Assembly: GCA_965216755.1 (NCBI GenBank)
Contig: CBDCGL010000011.1
Location: 3,424,001-3,488,000 of the forward strand
DNA length: 64,000 nt
Direction of reading: 5' to 3'
Source of the DNA: Alphaproteobacteria bacterium
GTDB lineage: Bacteria; Pseudomonadota; Alphaproteobacteria; UBA7887
Shown here piece by piece: positions 1-7,956 of this stretch (position 1 is the first letter of the stretch; every line of letters begins with the position of its first letter). The position numbers and the translations under genes were made by a program. The notes under the pieces were generated by a model, which was not told the origin of the DNA, did not search any database, and worked only from the letters and a program-made list of their open reading frames with translations.

Positions 1-103
1 CATGCGCCAAGTGGGAGATGTGCAGATCCCCCAAGAAGCTTTTTTGGCGGCGCTGCGAATTGGCGACCGTTGACGCGCCCGTGCCCGAGTTCGCACCTGG
101 GGG

Positions 104-418
104 TCAGCGCGCGAACAACCGGCGCTTGCGCGCGCGCGCGCCAACAGCGAAGCACACGATCGCCAGCACCGCGCACAGCACCGCGACCACCAGCCACAGC
201 GATAGATTAAGTACCGGTAGCACATAGTCGAAATACAGCGTCGGATCCTCAGGGTTGGGATCCAAACGCTTCTCGATCAAGGATTGCAGCCCGACCAGGC
301 TGTTGGCGTTGATTTGATACCAGATTTCGGCGATCGAGCGGCCAGCGGTGGCGAAATGCGCCGCGGCCGCCGCAGCTGTGGCGAGCCCAAAAACCCATCC
401 CAAAAAGCGGCCAAACAT
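104..418 (-). CDS. Small hypothetical membrane protein
   Basis: 104-aa ORF with hydrophobic N- and C-terminal segments and a basic tail, divergent from tRNA-Ser. Confidence 0.6.
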   Translation of the reverse strand: MFGRFLGWVFGLATAAAAAAHFATAGRSIAEIWYQINANSLVGLQSLIEKRLDPNPEDPTLYFDYVLPVLNLSLWLVVAVLCAVLAIVCFAVGARARKRRLFAR

Positions 419-480
419 AATGGCAAGCCCCCTTTTGTCACGCGACGTGACGCGTCACAGCTTAGTCATGCGGCGCTGTG

Positions 481-508
481 TTGCAAGGTCGTGTGCGGGA
501 TCTATACT
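481..508 (+). promoter_or_regulatory. Putative sigma70 promoter of tRNA-Ser
   Basis: TTGCAA-N16-TATACT about 30 bp upstream of the tRNA 5' end. Confidence 0.45.
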
Positions 509-540
509 GCGCCGCGCAGCATCGCACCTTGGCTGTTCGA

Positions 541-630
541 GGAGGGGTGGCCGAGTGGTTTAAGGCGCACGCCTGGAAAGCGTGTGGGGGTGTAAGCTCC
601 TCGCGGGTTCGAATCCCGCTCCCTCCGCCA
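541..630 (+). tRNA. tRNA-Ser (GGA)
   Basis: GGAGGGG/CCCTCC acceptor stem, D-loop GAGTGGTTTAA, anticodon arm CACGC-CT-GGA-AA-GCGTG, long variable arm, GGTTCGAATCC T-arm, encoded CCA. Confidence 0.97.
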
Positions 631-708
631 GTGCTTTAAGTGCTTGATGTATAAATTAAAATCGGTCTAGATCTTGTCAGAATATGTGCCTGCGCTAGGT
701 GCATAAGC

Positions 709-1152
709 ATGGTCAAGACGGCCGATATGGACACGAAATATCTCCGGCAACGCCGAGGGCGCTGGTTGGTCCAGGTTGCGGTTCCCCGTGACCTGCGGGC
801 GACCATCGGCAAAGCGGTCATCGAACGCTATCTGCGGACCTCATCGTTAGCCGAGGCGAAGCGTCGACGCCACGCGGTGGTGGCCGAGATCCTGGAGATG
901 TTCGACCGCGCCCGAGACCGTCAATCCATCTCCTATGACGAAATGGACGCCGTGGCCGAGGTGGAACTCCGCAAGGCATACGACCATATGGCCGGCGACT
1001 TCCTCCAGGTCCGCCCCAAGCTACCTGAGTGGGCCAGAGCGATGGAGGGAGCCGACTACGCCACCGATACCATCAACCCTATCCTTGGCGAGAAGACCCA
1101 GGCCTACGCCACTTGACTTATGGAGCGAATGGGCGCGCTGACCCAGGGCCGG
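709..1152 (+). pseudogene. Truncated integrase, N-terminal DUF6538-like domain only
   Basis: YLRQRRGRWLVQVAVPRDLRATIGK..RYLRTSSLAEAKRRR resembles DUF6538 integrase N-termini; TGA at 1114-1116; no catalytic domain; IS3 remnant follows. Confidence 0.75.
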
Positions 1153-1830
1153 GAGGCGAACCGCCTCGCGCTTGAACTCGTCCGTGAAATCTCGTCGTGG
1201 TCGTTGGTCCATAAGGTCCTCCTGACTAACTTACGCTATCAAAAGTCCCTCCACTTTTTCAGGGCAAGTCCAAAGCATCTCTGCTGGGATGAAGGTGGCG
1301 ACTGGGTCGTAACGTATTACGGGTTGGAGAGCCGCGACGGCACCCAGACGATTCCCCTCCGTGATCTCGACCGAACCGATGACAATGGACGGCTCTACTG
1401 GCTGGTGCATCTGGGTCGTCAAATGAACCCGCAAGAATTGGCCAAATTCCATGAAGCGTTCGATATGGCGCTCTCCATGTATCACGAACGGGATCGCGGC
1501 CAGGTTCAATCAACGTTGGCATACGTGAAACGCCGATGGAGGCATCGCTTGCGCCGGTCCATGTGGCTCAACAATATTCGCCGGCGGGTCACCGACATGT
1601 CCTCGTCCGACGATTTCTTGGCCCTAGTCGAAGAGATCACCGATGTCATGGGGGGCAGCCTGCGCACGAAGCTATGCAAGGAGTTCGGGGTTCACGAAGC
1701 CCTCTTCCACCCTGGCGGGGCTTGGGGTGTTGACGAGAAACTATGGAATGGGAAGCCGATGGAGTTCTGGAGGAAATGGCTGCAACGGGCCTGTCACTAC
1801 GTGACGCTGGAGATTGGAGCGGAGGAGTGA
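1120..1830 (+). CDS. Hypothetical protein, probably chimeric or 5'-truncated
   Basis: 236-aa ORF whose first ~50 codons read through the antisense of the IS3 remnant; Trp-rich remainder not recognised. Confidence 0.4.
   Translation: MERMGALTQGREANRLALELVREISSWSLVHKVLLTNLRYQKSLHFFRASPKHLCWDEGGDWVVTYYGLESRDGTQTIPLRDLDRTDDNGRLYWLVHLGRQMNPQELAKFHEAFDMALSMYHERDRGQVQSTLAYVKRRWRHRLRRSMWLNNIRRRVTDMSSSDDFLALVEEITDVMGGSLRTKLCKEFGVHEALFHPGGAWGVDEKLWNGKPMEFWRKWLQRACHYVTLEIGAEE
1153..1272 (-). mobile_element. IS3-family left-end remnant (IRL, RBS, first ~20 codons of OrfA)
   Basis: Minus strand reads TGGACTTGCCCTGAAAAAGTGGAGGGAC (IS3-type terminus), then AGGAGG-N5-ATG and MDQRPRRDFTDEFKREAVRL (HTH_Tnp_1-like start), after which similarity ends. 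Confidence 0.75.
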
Positions 1831-1839
1831 TCTTCAGTT

Positions 1840-3054
1840 TTACTGTCTCGGTGGCGTGGCCTTTTTGACGTCTTGAACAGCTTTTCTTAAGACGAATTCG
1901 CGTTTCAAGAAATTCTCCGCTGTGTCGATAATCGTGTCGAGGGTTTTCGGTTTTGGCGCAAATGCGCGATGCGCAGACGCACTTCCAGCGTCTGTCACAA
2001 TTCCAAGAATTTCTCGCTCATCTTCTCCGATTGCACCAATTTCAACCATCTTACTCAGCTTTTTATAGAAGGTGCCCAGATCGCTTCCGATCGATAAGTC
2101 CATAGCCCGGTCAATTGAGGTGCGTATACCAATTGATGCCAGAATAATGAGACCCGAGTTTAGGGCCTGATAAACTTCTTGGTACACTGCGAAAAGTGCG
2201 CCGTCGTCAATTTCTTCGGCCCAATCCGGCATTTTGCGTTTGGTTAGTGGCGGCCAATAAGTTTCTTTGGTCCCGTCATCTTCGTAGACCTCTCCAGTAA
2301 GAGGGTCAAAGGTACCGCTCGCCCAGCCTTCATGCCGCTCGGTCCGGCGAACTGATAGGATGCTACACCCGCAACACTCTAGCGTCTCAATTGTGTCTGA
2401 CCAGTCAAGCCCGCCATCGTCACCATCGATCGTGTAGCTAGCCCTTCTGTACGCATTGCGCTCGCCGCCACACCGGCTGCAAATGCCTTTTACAATTTCC
2501 TCGGCCGCCGCGGTATGAACCTTTGCAGGACTGGGTTCATTCTGGGCGGCCGTCCGCTCTATTAGCTCCCATCCTTTGATCGATAACCGGAGAGCTGACG
2601 TCTTACCATCTTGCTCTACGATTGCCTCCGCGACAGCATGGTCGACCAGGTTCTTGACCGCTTCGCCGTCCACGGTTCCGATCAACCCAGCGAGAAACTC
2701 GGCCGATGGATATGCGACACGCCCATGTGGGTTCCCTTCGAGCTGTGTTGCCATCCAAAGTAGAAAACGCCGCAACTGCTCCTTCGGCCCCGGTAATGGA
2801 CGCTGTAAGAGCTCGTTCAGATTTGTGCTGCTAACAAGGAAATCACTTCCGCGGTCCGACGCGCTTGATCTAATGGCATGGCTGAGACGGGCGCGCACTA
2901 GTGGATCTTTGACTACTTTGTGCTCGAGCATGGCCAGCGCGGTACCCGAGATTGCGTAGTCCCCACACCGACTACACCTAAAGTTTTCCCGATCCCCGAC
3001 CTTGATGTTCGCGGTGGGTACTAAGTTTCGGCAAATCGGGCAGCGTCGGGCCAT
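1840..3054 (-). CDS. Zn-ribbon/wHTH-like N-terminus fused to DUF4145 (HEPN-like) domain; candidate defence protein
   Basis: CPIC..CSRC and CSRC..CCGC pairs; C-terminal YQEVYQALNSGLIILASIGIRTSIDRAM..DAGSASAHR resembles DUF4145; AT-rich codon usage. Confidence 0.7.
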   Translation of the reverse strand: MARRCPICRNLVPTANIKVGDRENFRCSRCGDYAISGTALAMLEHKVVKDPLVRARLSHAIRSSASDRGSDFLVSSTNLNELLQRPLPGPKEQLRRFLLWMATQLEGNPHGRVAYPSAEFLAGLIGTVDGEAVKNLVDHAVAEAIVEQDGKTSALRLSIKGWELIERTAAQNEPSPAKVHTAAAEEIVKGICSRCGGERNAYRRASYTIDGDDGGLDWSDTIETLECCGCSILSVRRTERHEGWASGTFDPLTGEVYEDDGTKETYWPPLTKRKMPDWAEEIDDGALFAVYQEVYQALNSGLIILASIGIRTSIDRAMDLSIGSDLGTFYKKLSKMVEIGAIGEDEREILGIVTDAGSASAHRAFAPKPKTLDTIIDTAENFLKREFVLRKAVQDVKKATPPRQ

Positions 3055-3319
3055 CAGTTTAGGTCACTCAGAAAACGTCAAATACAAGTTTGCGCGCCAT
3101 CATTGCGATGTACACATTTCTGAGACTTGAACGAGTTTTTGTGTTCCTCTTAGCAGTTAATCTCACATTGGGGGCATTTCGATCGATTTGGTCCGGTTTG
3201 GTTTTGGCTGACCAATTCGATGGGTCCTGTTTCTAATATATCAATGCATCGGAAAAGACGCGCGGGCTGCCCTTGATGCCGAGTGATGCCCGCCTGGAGC
3301 CAAGGCTGCTTCATAGGCT

Positions 3320-3360
3320 AAGAAACGAGACCCCGACAGCCATTTTGCCATCGGGGCCTC
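3320..3360 (-). terminator. Putative intrinsic terminator
   Basis: GAGACCCCGA...TCGGGGCCTC imperfect stem preceded by AAGAAAC on + strand (U-rich tail on - strand). Confidence 0.3.
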
Positions 3361-3894
3361 CACACTTATCTTATCCACGAACCCATTTCAGGGCCTTGCC
3401 GTCGACTATTTGTGCCTTGCCCGGCCGAAGGCTCTAACCAATCACTACACGCTTCCATCAACTATTCGGGCGCACCAACAAAAGTTTGGTCATGATGCAC
3501 CAGCCCTTCTAGCGCGCTTGTGCGCCATGGCCGTGAACATATCCGGAACGCAAGTAGCGTCAAGTGTGGCGACCGGACCAGCTTTCAATCTGCGGTCAGG
3601 GCAAAAACAATGCGACCTGCCCTTGGTGTCGCATCGGGGGGTCGACGGGCAGGTCGCTCTGTGTAGGTCAGTAAGTGAGTTCTTACACGACAACGTTACG
3701 ATATTGCAACGAGATTGTTATGCGCTGCGGAATGCCCCGGCGCAAAATGCCGCCTACTTACACGTGCGCCTGTTGTTCAGTGCCTTCAAACACTTGCGGT
3801 ACCTGGTTGACGCTCTCGCAAAACGAGAGCAGCATTTCCCTACGGCCCATGTGGGGATGGGTTCCTCCTGGGTCGTCCGAACAGGGAGGCAAAT

Positions 3895-4371
3895 ATGACA
3901 AGCAAGGTTATTGCATCCGCTGCCATTGGCGCATTGGTTCTTGTTTTTGGCTTTGGGCCGGCGTCGCAAGCTGCCGATTGCACAGGCCACGATGTACTGG
4001 TTACCGAAACATCCGAGACCATGGAAGTGGGTGAAGGTCACTCGATCATGCTCTTGAAAGCCCATAGCACTCTTGTGACCAACGATCCCAACAACATTTA
4101 CAATCTCACGATGGGTTCATGTACCGGCACGTTCGAGAATTTCGCCGACGGTACAAGTCAGGGTTCCGGTCATTGTGCCCGGACCGACAAGGACGGCGAT
4201 ACCCACAGTCTTTGGTGGTCGCAAGAGCGGGGCGCCGAAAAAGGGGAGTGGGGGGCACTTTCCGGCACCGGGAAATTCGCTGGCTTGGAAGACGGAGGCT
4301 GGTTTCAAACCGTGGCCGCTGAAGGAGCGATATTCGCAACCGCTTTTGATGGTGCCTGCGGTACCAATTAG
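3895..4371 (+). CDS. Secreted, beta-rich hypothetical protein
   Basis: GGGAGG RBS, signal peptide ending ASQA-ADC, four Cys, motif GTGKFAGL.DGG; GC hairpin 4396-4422 downstream. Confidence 0.75.
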   Translation: MTSKVIASAAIGALVLVFGFGPASQAADCTGHDVLVTETSETMEVGEGHSIMLLKAHSTLVTNDPNNIYNLTMGSCTGTFENFADGTSQGSGHCARTDKDGDTHSLWWSQERGAEKGEWGALSGTGKFAGLEDGGWFQTVAAEGAIFATAFDGACGTN

Positions 4372-4591
4372 ATCTCGATAACCGGAACCGACTTGGGGGC
4401 CATGGGCTGAGCCTGTGGCCCCTCACTGTAGCGGCTCAAAGGTGTGGCCAGTGTAGCGCCCAGTTGTCGAAAGTGGGGCTGTTGTTTCCGGAAAAATGAA
4501 GCCAATTCTATGTGCCAATCCGAGGTGCGGCCGTCTTGAATTTTCGTTATCTGACTGAGGGTTATGGCCGATCTGGCGTCATCCCTAACGG

Positions 4592-4609
4592 TCCCGCTCC
4601 CTCCGCCAG
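4592..4609 (+). repeat. attR-like copy of tRNA-Ser 3' end
   Basis: 18/18 identity to 614-631. Confidence 0.9.
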
Positions 4610-4610
4610 C

Positions 4611-4714
4611 CAATAACGGTGTAACGGTGACAGTTTACTAAATACACCATATTCAGCACTGAAAAAATTGAATACACAAAATACGGTATGTTTAGTAAAC
4701 TGTCACCGTTATTG
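4611..4714. repeat. REPIN-like hairpin, left of RAYT
   Basis: Perfect 21-bp inverted repeat TAACGGTGACAGTTTACTAAA (4622-4642) / TTTAGTAAACTGTCACCGTTA (4691-4711), with imperfect stem extending inward. Confidence 0.9.
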
Positions 4715-4736
4715 GATGCCATTGGGAGGGTGATGC

Positions 4737-5408
4737 ATGGCGCGATTGGCGCGTCTAGTCGTTCCGGGCCTGCCACATCACGTAACCCAGCGTGGCAACC
4801 GTGGCGCCCGGACGTTCTTTCGCGATAGCGACTACCTGCTCTACAAACGCATGCTGGGCGAAGCGGTTGCCAAGTCGGGCGCCGAGGTTTGGTGCTATTG
4901 CTTGATGCCCAACCATGTCCATCTGATCGTGGTGCCGGCGAATGAGGATGGATTGCGCCAAACATTTGCCGACGCGCATCGGCGCTATACTCGGGTGATC
5001 AACGCGCGGTTGGAGGAATCCGGCCATCTGTGGCAGGGCCGCTTCGGTTCGGTCGTTATGGATGAAGGCCATTTGGCCAACGCGGTCCGCTATGTCTCGC
5101 GCAATCCGGTTCGCGCCGGCCTGACAGAGCGTGCCGAAGATTGGCCCTGGTCGAGTGTTGGTGCCCATTTGGCTGGCCGCGATGACGAACTGGTCACTGT
5201 CGCGCCGGTGTTGGAGCGCTACGGCGAATTTGCCGGTTTTCTGGACGAACCAATCGATGAAGATGTCGCCTATCAGGCCTTGCGCCGGTCCGAAACCACC
5301 GGCCGTCCATTGGGCAGCGACGCGTGGCTTCGCGATATTGAACAAAAGACGGGACGACAACTTCGGCCACAAAAACGGGGACCCAAGGAGAGCGCTGAAT
5401 TGCGGTGA
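4737..5408 (+). CDS. REP-associated tyrosine transposase (RAYT, Y1 HUH family)
   Basis: MARLARLVVPGLPHHVTQRGN start, YCLMPNHVHL (HUH), GHLWQGRF, RYVSRNPV catalytic Tyr, WPWSS; GGGAGG RBS. Confidence 0.92.
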   Translation: MARLARLVVPGLPHHVTQRGNRGARTFFRDSDYLLYKRMLGEAVAKSGAEVWCYCLMPNHVHLIVVPANEDGLRQTFADAHRRYTRVINARLEESGHLWQGRFGSVVMDEGHLANAVRYVSRNPVRAGLTERAEDWPWSSVGAHLAGRDDELVTVAPVLERYGEFAGFLDEPIDEDVAYQALRRSETTGRPLGSDAWLRDIEQKTGRQLRPQKRGPKESAELR

Positions 5409-5412
5409 TTCT

Positions 5413-5513
5413 ATTTCGGTGATTTCGGTGACAGTTTACTTAATACGCTATATATCGCCCTATGACTACCAAGAACACCAAATATAGCATATTTAGTAAA
5501 CTGTCACCGAAAT
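5413..5513. repeat. REPIN-like hairpin, right of RAYT
   Basis: Perfect 19-bp inverted repeat ATTTCGGTGACAGTTTACT (5422-5440) / AGTAAACTGTCACCGAAAT (5495-5513); same core as the left hairpin. Confidence 0.9.
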
Positions 5514-7003
5514 GGATAGTCGATAGCGGCGATGACTCGTTGCAGGCTTCTCAGATCGACGCTTTCGGACGCGCGGGATGCCGACCGTGGCACGGCGGTG
5601 CCCATAACCATGGCGATCTCGTCGGCATGGACACCGGCACGGGCCAGGACCTCCGCGATGCCGGTCCGAAACGACTGGAAACCAAGCCTTGGGCGCGTGA
5701 TGCCCAAGGCGCGGCGATGCCGCAAAAAGCGCTTGCCCATATCACGACTTTGGCCGGCGGTGTCTGGAAGCAACCACGGGCCTTTCACTTGCGCGGCATA
5801 AGCCATCAAGCCCGCCCGCAACAGCGCGGCGTGGATCGGAACCTGTCGGGTCCGGGTGGCGCGGGGCGTTTCAACATGAAAAAAGGGAACGCGCTGCAGC
5901 TCACGCAAATCGGCAATACGCAGCCGGCAAATCTCACTTAGACGCATGCCGCTAAAAGCGGCAATTAGGCTCACCCAATAAACCGCCACGGCATCGCTCG
6001 ATTGATCGAGCCGGCTCTCCGTGGGCGGCCGCAAAATGGCCTTCAATTCCGCCGTTGCGAAGGGGAGAAAGGCGTTGTGGCCGACGGCCGGTTCAGCGAT
6101 CCGCTGGCCTTGTGCCGGGTTGTCAGCACACAATCCGCTTTGTTTCGCCCAGCGAAACAAGGCCGCCAGCGCCGCGACATGGCGGTTGACCGTCTTCGGG
6201 GCCAATCCCAGGGCGTTCTGCAACGTGCGGATATGGGCCGTCACGTCGGCGCGTGCGACGTCGCCGATCTGGACTTCGCCGAAATGGTCCGCGAATCGGG
6301 CCAAAGCATAACGATAATGGGATGCGGTCTTGATCGACCGATGCGATGGGGCGCCGGGCTCCATGGATCCAACAAACGCCGCCACGGCGTCCCGCACCGG
6401 CTGCCACGTCGTGGATCGGCGTTTGGTCGGAACAAGGGCGGCGAAGGCGGTATCGGCATTTGCGAGCCGCGGTGTTGGCGGTTCGATGCCGGCGATAAAG
6501 CCCTGGGTTCCGGAAATTTGGCCGCCCAACCGCGCCGTGGCGATGGCCGTCACGGTGCTATCGTTTGGCACCCAGCCGCGTCGTTCGGCGATCTTGACGG
6601 CCTGTCGGCGTCGTTGGTCCCAGTTGTCCGCGCCAAAGCCCAGATTGGCCGCACGCTCGTCGCGTTCGCGAACCAGCGCGGCAAGCACCGCTTCGGGCGC
6701 CGCCCCGGCAACCGCGCCACGGTCAACCCACGCATCGAACACGACGCGCGCGGTGGCGTCGCGAATGGCGCGCAAATCTTCGTTCGTGGGGCGAAGGCGG
6801 CCGCGCCGTAGTTTCTGGAACTGGCATTGCCAGGCGTCGAGAACACGATCCCTACGCTGCGCGGCGACCGCCGCGTCATGGGTATTGAGGGCCTGCCAAA
6901 GCGCCTGCCTGTTGAGGTGGGCGCGGATATCTTCCGGCACGCGCTTTACGGCATACCAGCCGCGGCCCTTGCGATAGGTTAAGTGCGATGCGGATCTGCC
7001 CAT
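5504..7003 (-). CDS. DUF6538 + tyrosine recombinase homologue with degenerate active site
   Basis: N-terminal HLTYRKGRGWYAVKRVPEDIR, core-binding LAPKTVNRH..DNP, box I FSGMRLSEICRL; box II reads GFQSFR..VMGT with no catalytic Tyr; start taken at MGRSAS. Confidence 0.8.
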   Translation of the reverse strand: MGRSASHLTYRKGRGWYAVKRVPEDIRAHLNRQALWQALNTHDAAVAAQRRDRVLDAWQCQFQKLRRGRLRPTNEDLRAIRDATARVVFDAWVDRGAVAGAAPEAVLAALVRERDERAANLGFGADNWDQRRRQAVKIAERRGWVPNDSTVTAIATARLGGQISGTQGFIAGIEPPTPRLANADTAFAALVPTKRRSTTWQPVRDAVAAFVGSMEPGAPSHRSIKTASHYRYALARFADHFGEVQIGDVARADVTAHIRTLQNALGLAPKTVNRHVAALAALFRWAKQSGLCADNPAQGQRIAEPAVGHNAFLPFATAELKAILRPPTESRLDQSSDAVAVYWVSLIAAFSGMRLSEICRLRIADLRELQRVPFFHVETPRATRTRQVPIHAALLRAGLMAYAAQVKGPWLLPDTAGQSRDMGKRFLRHRRALGITRPRLGFQSFRTGIAEVLARAGVHADEIAMVMGTAVPRSASRASESVDLRSLQRVIAAIDYPFR

Positions 7004-7219
7004 AGATTGGACATAGAGGCGGGACCGCAGCAGGGAAAGAGCGCCGGTCAAATTGTTTGACCGGTGGGTTTTCATGTTTGACCGTGAAATGGCTGTGCAC
7101 CAGTTGTTTAGGTGCAATATGTGGCGCCTTCGGGCGGCACGGGTGCCCGCCGCCCGGCGGTATTGGCGCGACCATCGCCGGTGCGCGGCGGGTCGCGTTT
7201 CATCACAGGGAGCTGTCTG

Positions 7220-7942
7220 GTGCGCTTGACCGATTTCGCGCTCTTGAGCTTTGACTGCTACGGCACGTTGATCGATTGGGAGGCCGGCATTCTCGCCGCT
7301 CTCAGCCCGTTATTGGCGCGGCTGTCGCCGGCGCCCGCCGCCGAGGCGGTTCTGCAGGCCTTCGCTGGCCACGAATCCGCGCAGCAGGCGGCGACGCCCG
7401 ACATGGCCTATCCTGACGTGCTGCGCCATGTCCACCAGCGCTTGGCCGCCGATTGGGGCGCGTCGACCGATCCGGGGCTAGACAAGGCTTTCTGTGCCTC
7501 AATCGCCGACTGGCCGCCCTTCGCCGACACGGTAACGGCCCTGGCCTATTTGAAGCAGCACTTCAAGTTGGTGATTTTGTCGAATGTCGATCGGGCCAGT
7601 TTCGCCCACAGCCAGCGCAGCTTGGCGGTCGCGTTCGACGCCATTTATACCGCCCAAGATATCGGGTCCTACAAACCGTCATCGGCCAATTTCGCTTATC
7701 TGACAGATCATGTGCAGACCGATTTCGGACTCGCCAAAAGCGATATCCTGCATGTCGCGCAGAGCCTCTACCACGACCACGTGCCGGCTGAAAAAGCCGG
7801 CATCGCCCGGGTTTGGATCGATCGCCGCCACGGCCGGGTGGGGGGTGGCGCCACGAAACTGCCGGATCCCATGCCGTCGGTCGATTTTCGTTTCACCGAT
7901 CTTGCCGGTTTGGCCGCGTCGCACCGGCTGGAATTGGCCTAA
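7220..7942 (+). CDS. Haloacid dehalogenase type II (HAD family)
   Basis: LSFDCYGTLIDWE, ILSNVD, SYKP, LHVAQSLYHDH motifs. Confidence 0.88.
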   Translation: MRLTDFALLSFDCYGTLIDWEAGILAALSPLLARLSPAPAAEAVLQAFAGHESAQQAATPDMAYPDVLRHVHQRLAADWGASTDPGLDKAFCASIADWPPFADTVTALAYLKQHFKLVILSNVDRASFAHSQRSLAVAFDAIYTAQDIGSYKPSSANFAYLTDHVQTDFGLAKSDILHVAQSLYHDHVPAEKAGIARVWIDRRHGRVGGGATKLPDPMPSVDFRFTDLAGLAASHRLELA

Positions 7943-7956
7943 CCGACAGCTGCGCC

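Larger units (their letters stand above)
614..4609. mobile_element. Degenerate genomic islet integrated at tRNA-Ser 3' end
   Basis: Identical 18-bp direct repeat TCCCGCTCCCTCCGCCAG at 614-631 (tRNA 3' end) and 4592-4609; integrase fragment next to the tRNA; visibly AT-richer interior. Confidence 0.88.

Noticed and set aside
709-1830. Programmed TGA read-through or selenoprotein joining the two in-frame ORFs
   Set aside because: The junction contains an antisense IS3 remnant, so decay is the simpler explanation.
3371-3379. DnaA box / replication origin
   Set aside because: Single 8/9 match (TTATCCACG) with no cluster.
3410-3898. 162-aa ORF as a real gene
   Set aside because: TTG start, no clear RBS and no recognisable motifs; left unannotated.
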